Shown piece after piece: positions 45,644 through 53,189 of a DNA stretch of 56,118 bases. A program made the position numbers and the translations under genes. Where the stretch lies: assembly GCA_038059935.1 (NCBI GenBank), contig JBBTIN010000005.1, positions 1 through 56,118 of the forward strand. The letters run 5' to 3'. Under the pieces are notes generated by a model. That model was not told the origin of the DNA, did not search any database, and saw only the letters and a list, made by a program, of their open reading frames with translations. The stretch comes from Nitrospirota bacterium. Lineage in GTDB: Bacteria; Nitrospirota; Nitrospiria; SBBL01; SBBA01. Positions within the stretch are counted from its first letter, which is position 1, and every line of letters starts with the position of its first letter.

Positions 45644-46225
45644 TCACTGGGAAAAGGCTGCGTAAATTCCCTTCAAATCATCGGGTGTATTGATATTTCT
45701 CAAGAGGGGCTCTTCTGTATCCGAGAGGGGAAGAAACGATGGCGTACTGTTTTGAATCGCACGACAAAGCGAACGCTCGCCCAGCAATAATTGTTTTTGG
45801 ATTTCAGGAAGCCAACATGCGGGATAGTATCCTGGAAGCGGGGTTAACATTGTCGAGACTGACCTCTGAAAAATGCAAGGACCAATGGATTCCGCCCTGA
45901 TCAATCGGCGCAAAAGAGCAGCGGTTAAAAACGGCTGATCACATGCGGTTACCATATAGCCATGCAGATCAATTTCGCTTTTAAGAAGTGTTGCAATGGC
46001 ATAAAGCGGCCCCATCCCGGGTGCTTCATCAGGCAGTGCGATTAATTGTGGCAGTGATGGAAGGTTGACGCCACGGCAATTCCCGATGATCACGATTTTT
46101 TCGCAAACTTCTAGGAGTGGTGCCATGACATGTGCAATCATGGGTCGTCCATCAGAAAGGAGAATCCCTTCCTTAGGCTGCCCCATTCTGGTACTCAATC
46201 CTCCGGATAATATTGCACCTGTCAT
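45644..46225 (-). CDS. mobA: Molybdenum cofactor guanylyltransferase
   Basis: ILSGGLSTRMGQPK, GPL, ACDQPF, NINTPDD. Confidence 0.9.
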   Translation of the reverse strand: MTGAILSGGLSTRMGQPKEGILLSDGRPMIAHVMAPLLEVCEKIVIIGNCRGVNLPSLPQLIALPDEAPGMGPLYAIATLLKSEIDLHGYMVTACDQPFLTAALLRRLIRAESIGPCIFQRSVSTMLTPLPGYYPACWLPEIQKQLLLGERSLCRAIQNSTPSFLPLSDTEEPLLRNINTPDDLKGIYAAFSQ

Positions 46226-46253
46226 CTCTATTCCTTTTTTACTTTTCTCTGTC

Positions 46254-46388
46254 TAGTGTCTGAACGGAAACCCTATTTTTTGTCATTTCGACCAAAGGGA
46301 GAAATCTGTCACCTCAATGTGATCAAGCCTCTAAGATTTCTCACTTCGTTCGAAATGACAGAGAAAGAACCTTTTCGTTCAGACACTA
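46254..46388. mobile_element. MITE-like element, same family as 300-445
   Basis: TAGTGTCTGAACGGAAA ... TTTTCGTTCAGACACTA around a TGTCATTTCGAC..CGAAATGACA core. Confidence 0.75.
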
Positions 46389-46429
46389 TCCAAGAAAGAA
46401 TCCAACTTACATAACCGTTCACCCCCGTA

Positions 46430-46494
46430 CCCTGACCAACGGGAAGGGGGATAGACTGCGACAGCAGTCGTCATCGAGCCCGCCCGTTGGCGGG
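46430..46494 (+). repeat. Stop-abutting three-module element
   Basis: CCCT-GACCAACGGGA-AGGG, ATAGACTGCGACAGCAGTCGT, CCCGCCCGTTGGCGGG, then the lolC/E stop. Confidence 0.78.
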
Positions 46495-47730
46495 CTATTC
46501 GTAGCGGAGGGCTTCGGCGGGGTCTAGTTTGGCTGCCTGCCATGATGGGTATAATGTTGCAAAAAAGGCGATCAGGAGTGCTGATACCGAGACGACAATC
46601 AGATCAAATGGAAGAATTGCAACTGGAAGATGGCTGATATAATAGACATCGGTTGGCAACTTATAAAACCGAACTAAAAGTGAACAGATTAAAAGTCCCA
46701 ACGGCAGACCCATGAGAACACCCACACCGCCGATCATGACCCCTTCAATCATAAAAACACGCATGATGGATTTTTGGCTGGCTCCCATTGCTTTTAATAT
46801 GGCGATCTCTCTTCCCTTTTCCAGTACCGTCATGGTCAAGGTTGAAACGATGTTAAATGAAGCGACCAGGATAATCAGTGTGAGGATAATGAACATCACA
46901 ATTTTTTCCAGTTTCAGCGCGGAGAAGAGCGAGCGATTCATCTTGAGCCAATCTTTCGCCTGATGTGGAAATCCGAGCACGGCTTCGATCTCATCGGCAA
47001 TCTCGGCCGCTGCGGAAATATCGGTAACCTTCACTTCAATTCCGCTGACATGCTGTTCAAAATTAAAAAATCGCTGCGCCTCCGGAATTGAGATATAAAC
47101 CAGTGCGGAATCGTATTCGTACATGCCGGAATCAAAAATCCCAACGATCGTAAATTTGCGAATTTTTGGCGTCATGCCGATCGAGCCGATTCCCGCTTGA
47201 TTTTCCAAGCCCGCCGGAGAGATCACGTTAATCGTGTCGCCTAAACCCACTGAAAGACGGGAGGAAAGCTCTACCCCCATCAACATACTGCTGGTCGCCA
47301 AATCCTCTATTTTCCCTTGAATCAGACTTTCGGCAATCTTGGTCACTTTGGCCTCTCGTTTTGGATCAATGCCGCGTAAGATCACCCCCACCGCACCGGC
47401 ACTGGAGGACAGCAAGACTTGTCTCATGATAAATGGGGTCGCGGCGACCACACGCTGATTTTGGGAGATGACTTCGATGAGCGGCTCCACATTCTCCAAT
47501 CCTTCGCGTGTTCGGTCATCCACAACAATATGAGAATTGATCCCCAAGATTTTATCGCGCAGTTCGTTTTTGAACCCAGTCATCACGGCCAGCGTCGCAA
47601 TCAGCGCGGCGACTCCTACTGTGACCCCCGCAATTGAAATGAACGTGGTTAGGGAAATTCCCTTTTGCCGTCGTTTTGCACGAAGATAGCGAATGCTGAT
47701 AAAAAATTCGAAAGGCAGATAGCGATTCAT
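46495..47730 (-). CDS. lolC: Lipoprotein-releasing ABC permease LolC/E
   Basis: RYLRAKR, GVTVGVAALI, VASFNI..L.MTV.EK.REIAILKAMGA, DVYYISHLP, PAEALRYE. Confidence 0.9.
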   Translation of the reverse strand: MNRYLPFEFFISIRYLRAKRRQKGISLTTFISIAGVTVGVAALIATLAVMTGFKNELRDKILGINSHIVVDDRTREGLENVEPLIEVISQNQRVVAATPFIMRQVLLSSSAGAVGVILRGIDPKREAKVTKIAESLIQGKIEDLATSSMLMGVELSSRLSVGLGDTINVISPAGLENQAGIGSIGMTPKIRKFTIVGIFDSGMYEYDSALVYISIPEAQRFFNFEQHVSGIEVKVTDISAAAEIADEIEAVLGFPHQAKDWLKMNRSLFSALKLEKIVMFIILTLIILVASFNIVSTLTMTVLEKGREIAILKAMGASQKSIMRVFMIEGVMIGGVGVLMGLPLGLLICSLLVRFYKLPTDVYYISHLPVAILPFDLIVVSVSALLIAFFATLYPSWQAAKLDPAEALRYE

Positions 47731-48401
47731 GAATAGTACCGATTCTTTCTTTTTCTAAATAAAAAAATGAGACTCATCCCTGCGACAAAGCCACCCACGT
47801 GTGCAAGAAAGGCAACCCCTCCAGCACCGCTTTGCGTCAAGGTCGCATTCAAAACTTGCATTAAAAACCAAAAACCCAAAACGACGACCGCCGGAAGCCA
47901 TGAGAAATTGATAAAAATAATAATGGGAATCAGGGTGAGGACACGCGCGCGCGGGAAGAGAACCAGATAGGCTCCTAACACGCCGGAGACCGCGCCGGAA
48001 GCGCCAATCATCGGGATACGTGAGGTCGGATCAAACCCTGCATGGGAAAAAACGGCAACGATTCCGCAGATGAGATAAAAGAAAATAAACCGGACTGGCC
48101 CCATGACGTCTTCAATATTATTTCCAAAAATCCAAAGATAGAGCATATTTCCGCCGAGGTGTAAAAAACCCGCATGAAGAAACATGGAGGCAAAAATAGA
48201 GGCAGAAGCGTCTGGAATGGAAACGGTTTGTTCAAAAGGGTGCATCAGATTAAATGGAATTGCGCCATAGGTAAAAATGAGTTGCTCGGAAGATTCCCCC
48301 AATGTGATCTGATAGTAAAACGCAAGCAGGTTTGCCACAATGAGACCGATGGTCACAAATGGGAACGAATGGGTCGGCAGATCATCTTTAAGTGGAATCA
48401 T
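47727..48401 (-). CDS. Rhomboid family intramembrane protease
   Basis: MIPLKDD, HLGGNMLYLWIFG, GASG, AHVGGF. Confidence 0.92.
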   Translation of the reverse strand: MIPLKDDLPTHSFPFVTIGLIVANLLAFYYQITLGESSEQLIFTYGAIPFNLMHPFEQTVSIPDASASIFASMFLHAGFLHLGGNMLYLWIFGNNIEDVMGPVRFIFFYLICGIVAVFSHAGFDPTSRIPMIGASGAVSGVLGAYLVLFPRARVLTLIPIIIFINFSWLPAVVVLGFWFLMQVLNATLTQSGAGGVAFLAHVGGFVAGMSLIFLFRKRKNRYYS

Positions 48402-48458
48402 CGTTAATTTACCAGCGGGGGACTCTAACACAATCACGCGTTCTTTTACGATAAAACT

Positions 48459-48487
48459 TTGACTTTTGTATATGTGGCAGATACAAT
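48459..48487 (+). promoter_or_regulatory. sigma70 promoter of tRNA-Asn
   Basis: TTGACT-N17-TACAAT, 12 nt before the tRNA. Confidence 0.7.
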
Positions 48488-48499
48488 AGCCCGACTTTT

Positions 48500-48575
48500 T
48501 CCCCAGTAGCTCAGTCGGCAGAGCGGACGGCTGTTAACCGTCATGTCGCTGGTTCGAATCCGGCCTGGGGAGCCA
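48500..48575 (+). tRNA. tRNA-Asn (GTT)
   Basis: TCCCCAG/CTGGGGA acceptor, GACGG-CTGTTAA-CCGTC anticodon arm, GGTTCGAATCC, encoded CCA. Confidence 0.95.
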
Positions 48576-48581
48576 ACTTCT

Positions 48582-50318
48582 ATGACCTTCTCCCAACTGG
48601 TTTCTACCTTTGAAAAAATCGAAGCAACATCAAAACGACTGGAGATGTTTGCCATTCTCTCCGATCTCTTCAAAGAAGCAGACACCAATGAAATCGCCCA
48701 AATCATCTATCTCCTGAAAGGCGAACTGCTGCCCGCTTTTCATGACATCAACATCGGCATGTCAGAAAAATATCTGCTCCGCACCATTGCCAACACAACA
48801 GGCATCGCTTCCGAACCCTTATTAAAACAACACCAAATACTTGGTGATATTGGAAAGACCGCTGCACAATTTATCTTAAAAAAAGAATGCAGAAACCCAA
48901 CCATTTCTGAAGTCTATTCCGCCATCTATCAAATGGCCATGATGAATGGCGAAGGCAGCGTGGATCAAAAGATTGATGCGTTATCGCATCTGTTCTCCTG
49001 CCTCTCTCCTGTGGAGGCAAAATATGTTGCGCGATTTGTTGCGGGACAACTTCGACTCGGTTCCGGAGATGCCACCATTTTAGAGGCACTCGCTTTATCG
49101 CAAGGCAGTCGCACTTTTCGCCCAGCACTCGATCGCGCCTATAACTTGATTTCCGATTTAGGCCTGCTCGCTAAAATCTACCGTCAAGAAGGAGAGGCCG
49201 GCGTGCTGGCCATCGCGGTGCGATGCGGCTATCCAATTCGTTCCGCGCTGTGCGAGCGATTACCCTCTGCTGAAGAGATCATCGAAAAGATCGGTCGCTG
49301 TTCGGTTGAAATCAAATATGACGGATTTCGCTGTCAGGCACATAAAAAAGAAAATGAAGTAATTCTCTTCTCGCGTAATCAGGAACGCACTACTTTAATG
49401 TTTCCCGAAATTGTGGAAGCCATACAGAGCGTTTTTCATGGCCATGACATTATTTTGGAAGGAGAGGCTTTGGCTGTGAATGAGACCACAGGAGAAGCGT
49501 TCCCTTTTCAGGTCACGATGCAACGCAAACGAAAGCATGATATTGCTCTTTTGGCCAAAACGGTTCCTCTCAAATTCTTTCTGTTTGATCTGCTTTACTT
49601 AGATGGAGAGGACTATACACAATATCCATACCATGCGCGGCGGAATAAATTAATTTCACTGCTACCAAAACATCCTGTCCTTGAAATATCGGAGGCCATT
49701 GAAACAGAGGATCCGAACGCGGTTTCTCTGTTTTTTAATGATGTCGTAGAGCGCGGATATGAGGGGATTGTGGCGAAACGATTGGAGTCGCTCTATACGG
49801 CGGGCTCCAGAAATTTTAATTGGATTAAATTAAAACGCAGTTACAAAGGAGAGATGACCGATACGCTGGACCTTTGTATTGTCGGTTATTTTTTTGGAAA
49901 GGGAGCCCGCACGAAATTTGGAATTGGCACCATTTTAGTCGCGGCGTATGATAAAGAGGAGGCTCGCTTTAAGACCCTCTCAAAAATTGGAACCGGGTTT
50001 ACAGAGGCCGAGTTAATCGCGCTCAAGGGACTGCTTGATCCGATAAGCATTCCTGAAAAGCCCAAAACACTCGACGCGAAGATCGTTCCCGACGTTTGGG
50101 TCGTTCCAAAATTCGTCGTCACGGTGACAGCGGATGAAATGACGCGATCTCGAAGTCATACAGCCAATCAAGACGCCGATGGCGTGGGGTTATCGCTTCG
50201 ATTTCCGCGTGTCAAAGGATTTATTCGCAATGACAAGGGGCATGAAGATTCGACGACGACAGCGGAAATCGCCACGCTGTTTTTGCAGCAAAAACGAATT
50301 CAACTAAAAGAGACTTAA
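48582..50318 (+). CDS. ATP-dependent DNA ligase (full-length, with N-terminal DNA-binding domain)
   Basis: EIKYDGFR motif I, FSRN, EGE, FDLLY, EGIVAK, WIKLK, SLRFPR. Confidence 0.92.
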   Translation: MTFSQLVSTFEKIEATSKRLEMFAILSDLFKEADTNEIAQIIYLLKGELLPAFHDINIGMSEKYLLRTIANTTGIASEPLLKQHQILGDIGKTAAQFILKKECRNPTISEVYSAIYQMAMMNGEGSVDQKIDALSHLFSCLSPVEAKYVARFVAGQLRLGSGDATILEALALSQGSRTFRPALDRAYNLISDLGLLAKIYRQEGEAGVLAIAVRCGYPIRSALCERLPSAEEIIEKIGRCSVEIKYDGFRCQAHKKENEVILFSRNQERTTLMFPEIVEAIQSVFHGHDIILEGEALAVNETTGEAFPFQVTMQRKRKHDIALLAKTVPLKFFLFDLLYLDGEDYTQYPYHARRNKLISLLPKHPVLEISEAIETEDPNAVSLFFNDVVERGYEGIVAKRLESLYTAGSRNFNWIKLKRSYKGEMTDTLDLCIVGYFFGKGARTKFGIGTILVAAYDKEEARFKTLSKIGTGFTEAELIALKGLLDPISIPEKPKTLDAKIVPDVWVVPKFVVTVTADEMTRSRSHTANQDADGVGLSLRFPRVKGFIRNDKGHEDSTTTAEIATLFLQQKRIQLKET

Positions 50319-50782
50319 GTCGCAGGAGGACTGACGGCGATGGTCTCTCCGACGCGAATCGTTCCTACTGTGACCACAAGCGCCAGATAGCCGATTCGGC
50401 CAACCGTTTCTTTTTCTAAACGGGCATCAATCGCGCCCAATACAAAACAAGGTTTTCTTGGCTCGACCAACTCCAGCACGACTCCGCCAGAAAAAGAAAG
50501 GCGTGTCTTCGGTGCGAGGGTCTGAACGTGAAGATCACGCACCGTAATATTTTCTCCCATCGCACCGGGGAACACAGGGTATCCTTCGGCAATAAGCGTC
50601 TCTAAAATCTCAAAATCAAACAGAGAGATCGCGCGGGTCGGCTTGAGATGGTTTGCATGTTCATGCCCATCCCCTTCTATTCCGGTTTGTGTAACAAACG
50701 CAATATCAATCGGCCGTTTTGGAATTCCCCCCGGCGAAATATTCAAGGAGATAACCTGTGGGTCTTTTTTTTCTTGATCCAT
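50315..50782 (-). CDS. MOSC domain protein
   Basis: GGIPK, GIEGDGH, RAISL, PGAMGEN, PRKPC. Confidence 0.88.
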   Translation of the reverse strand: MDQEKKDPQVISLNISPGGIPKRPIDIAFVTQTGIEGDGHEHANHLKPTRAISLFDFEILETLIAEGYPVFPGAMGENITVRDLHVQTLAPKTRLSFSGGVVLELVEPRKPCFVLGAIDARLEKETVGRIGYLALVVTVGTIRVGETIAVSPPAT

Positions 50783-50860
50783 CTGTAAAGAAACCCTATT
50801 TTAAAACGAAACATCATCCATGCAAAATCGTTTGGATAATAAAACAAACCGTTTTCTATT

Positions 50861-52555
50861 TCAAGGTTTTCTCTCAAACCCATCAATAAAAGAGACCAGA
50901 AAAAGAATAGATGAAATGGCAGCGACGCCACCGAGTAATATTCCAATGGGGGTCAGCCTTACGAAAGATTCGTTTTGATCAAGGTAAAAAATCGCCGCGC
51001 CGGCCACCAACCCCAGTAATGACCGATAGGCGAGATTGTAGATTTTAAGCAAGGTCGTCTCAACCCCCTTGGAATGCATCTCTGTTTTGACTCCACCGCT
51101 GTGACCCAATTCCAAGACCGATTGCAAAGCGGCTGGAAGCGCGAGTAAAGCCGAAAACACCGCCTTCCCTTTTACAAACAGTTCTTTTATGCCTTGTTTT
51201 TTGTAGGCAAACTTTTTGGCGTAGGGCTGCGCCAGATCAATAATATTCGCGTCCGGATCGAGTTGAGAACAAATTCCGTTTAACATTCCCACTGCCCGTC
51301 CCGCTAAAATAAAAATGTTGGGCACCTGCAGTGCAGAATAAATCGTAAAAATCGTTTTGAAATCATCTGAAATATCTTTAATGGTAATCGTTTTGAAGGC
51401 ACGAGGAGAAATACTCCGATACCGATCCATGAAAAATAAAACGACGCGTTCAATCTCGCTTTCGCCCTGCCCACCCTCTTTTGCAAGAAACCCGACCTCA
51501 ACCAGACCTCGCGCAATCGCGGGAATATCGCGATTGATGATCGCCATAATCATTCTTCTTAGTCCTTTGTCCGTCTGATCATCAATCTCTTGCATCAGGC
51601 CAAAATCAACATAGACCAATCGAAATTGGCCGGCTTGATTTTCTATCGGTTGCACAAAAAGATTCCCCGGATGCGGATCGCCATGAAAAAACTGAAAGAG
51701 CAGAATCTGCTTCATATACGACTCGACCAACAGTCGCGCGACCGCTTGGGTTTCAATCCCTGCCGTCCTGATTTCGTCAAAGCAATTTATTTTTATTCCG
51801 CCCACTTTTGTGAGCGTGAGAACGCGTTCGGTTGTATATTCCCAAACCACGCGAGGCACGAGAATGCGATCATCTCCTAAAAACTGTTTGTGAAACTTCT
51901 CGGCATTTTTGGCCTCCGCAATATAATTGAGTTCCATCTGTACCATTCGATCAAACTCTCGCATCAGAATATCAAATCGAATATGGGCAAAAATCTTCTG
52001 GAGCAGATACACAATAATTCGAATTGCGCGAAGATCGGTACGCACAATTGCCTCAATATGGGGATACTGAATCTTCACCGCCACATCAAGCGTTCCGTCT
52101 TCAAGGGGGCTGTTCAAAACCGCTTGATGGACTTGGCCAAACGACGCCGATGCCAATGGGATCGCGTTAAAAGAACGAAAAAGTGCTTCGGGTGTGTCGC
52201 CTAACTCGTCAATGATTCTTTCTCGAATTTCAGAAAAAGGAGCCGGCGGCACGTGGTCTTGCAGCGATGAAAGGGTTTTGGTATAGGCCTTGGGCAGAAG
52301 ATCAACCCGCGCACTCATGAATTGGCCAACCTTAATCATCAGCCCCTTTAAGGAAAGCGTGGTGTTTAGAAAGCGTTCGGCATTTTCAAGATGAAGCCGT
52401 TCCATCCATTGGACTTTTCTCCGGCTAGAGAGAACGGGAGCGACAAGATACAAAAGAAAATAGCCGATTAAAATGCGAAAAGATATCCAGAGAATTCGAG
52501 TCGCTCTTCCCCATAAGGGTGGGGGCGTGTCCGATGAAGAAGATTGTGTATTCAT
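50861..52555 (-). CDS. AarF/ABC1/UbiB family kinase
   Basis: IKVGQ, LQD, ASASFGQVH, VAVKIQYP, FHGDPHPGN, DFG. Confidence 0.92.
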   Translation of the reverse strand: MNTQSSSSDTPPPLWGRATRILWISFRILIGYFLLYLVAPVLSSRRKVQWMERLHLENAERFLNTTLSLKGLMIKVGQFMSARVDLLPKAYTKTLSSLQDHVPPAPFSEIRERIIDELGDTPEALFRSFNAIPLASASFGQVHQAVLNSPLEDGTLDVAVKIQYPHIEAIVRTDLRAIRIIVYLLQKIFAHIRFDILMREFDRMVQMELNYIAEAKNAEKFHKQFLGDDRILVPRVVWEYTTERVLTLTKVGGIKINCFDEIRTAGIETQAVARLLVESYMKQILLFQFFHGDPHPGNLFVQPIENQAGQFRLVYVDFGLMQEIDDQTDKGLRRMIMAIINRDIPAIARGLVEVGFLAKEGGQGESEIERVVLFFMDRYRSISPRAFKTITIKDISDDFKTIFTIYSALQVPNIFILAGRAVGMLNGICSQLDPDANIIDLAQPYAKKFAYKKQGIKELFVKGKAVFSALLALPAALQSVLELGHSGGVKTEMHSKGVETTLLKIYNLAYRSLLGLVAGAAIFYLDQNESFVRLTPIGILLGGVAAISSILFLVSFIDGFERKP

Positions 52556-52556
52556 A

Positions 52557-53111
52557 TCAAGAAGGCAGGTTCTTAAGGTCATCCGTCGCATCGGCTTTCT
52601 GCCCTCGCATATCCCGCATCATCGCCAATAACAGCATTGTGACGCCCATCGTAATCGCAGAATCGGCCACATTAAACGCAGGCCAATGATGCTCCCCAAT
52701 ATAAAAATCGAGAAAATCAATCACCTCGCCTAATCGCACCCGATCAATTAAATTCCCAATCGCTCCCCCCAGCAAAAGAGAAAGCGCGATCATCTGCCAG
52801 TAATCATCACTTGGGGTTTGATAAACCATCACCAACAAGAAAGAGAGGGCACAAAGCGAAACCACAGAAAAAAATAAGGCGCGAAAAAAACGGCTTTGAT
52901 CCGCAAAAAGGCCAAAGGCCGCACCGGGATTTCGAATATACGTTAATGAGAAAAGGTCGGGAATCACCGGCAGCGACTCATGCAGGGCAAAGGCGCGATC
53001 AATGTAGATTTTACTGACTTGATCTAAAACGACAATCCCTGTTGCAATCAGGGTGAGGATGATCCATTTAGATAATATTAAAGCAACGATTTTAGAAAGG
53101 GAGCGGGACAT
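52557..53111 (-). CDS. lspA: Lipoprotein signal peptidase II
   Basis: DQVSK, NPGAAFG, GAIGNLIDR, VIDF, FNVAD; follows ileS. Start approximate. Confidence 0.94.
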   Translation of the reverse strand: MSRSLSKIVALILSKWIILTLIATGIVVLDQVSKIYIDRAFALHESLPVIPDLFSLTYIRNPGAAFGLFADQSRFFRALFFSVVSLCALSFLLVMVYQTPSDDYWQMIALSLLLGGAIGNLIDRVRLGEVIDFLDFYIGEHHWPAFNVADSAITMGVTMLLLAMMRDMRGQKADATDDLKNLPS

Positions 53112-53140
53112 TAATAAAGATACCAATACCTACACAGCCC

Positions 53141-53189
53141 ACCACGACCAACGGAAGTGGTCACAACTCGCCTCCGCCCGTCGGCGGAA
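53141..53189 (+). repeat. GACCAACGG element overlapping the ileS 3' end
   Basis: ACCAC-GACCAACGGAA-GTGGT and TCCGCC-CGTC-GGCGGA. Confidence 0.72.

Noticed and set aside
51460-52120. Possible repeat-derived inserts in the ABC1 kinase (KEGGQGE, NSPLEDG)
   Set aside because: Similarity to the C-rich/G-rich repeats is too weak to support without an alignment.
1871-53161. GACCAACGGGA elements as intrinsic terminators or a CRISPR array
   Set aside because: There is no U-tract on the mRNA strand, several lie within apparent operons, copies are dispersed rather than regularly spaced, and no cas genes are present.
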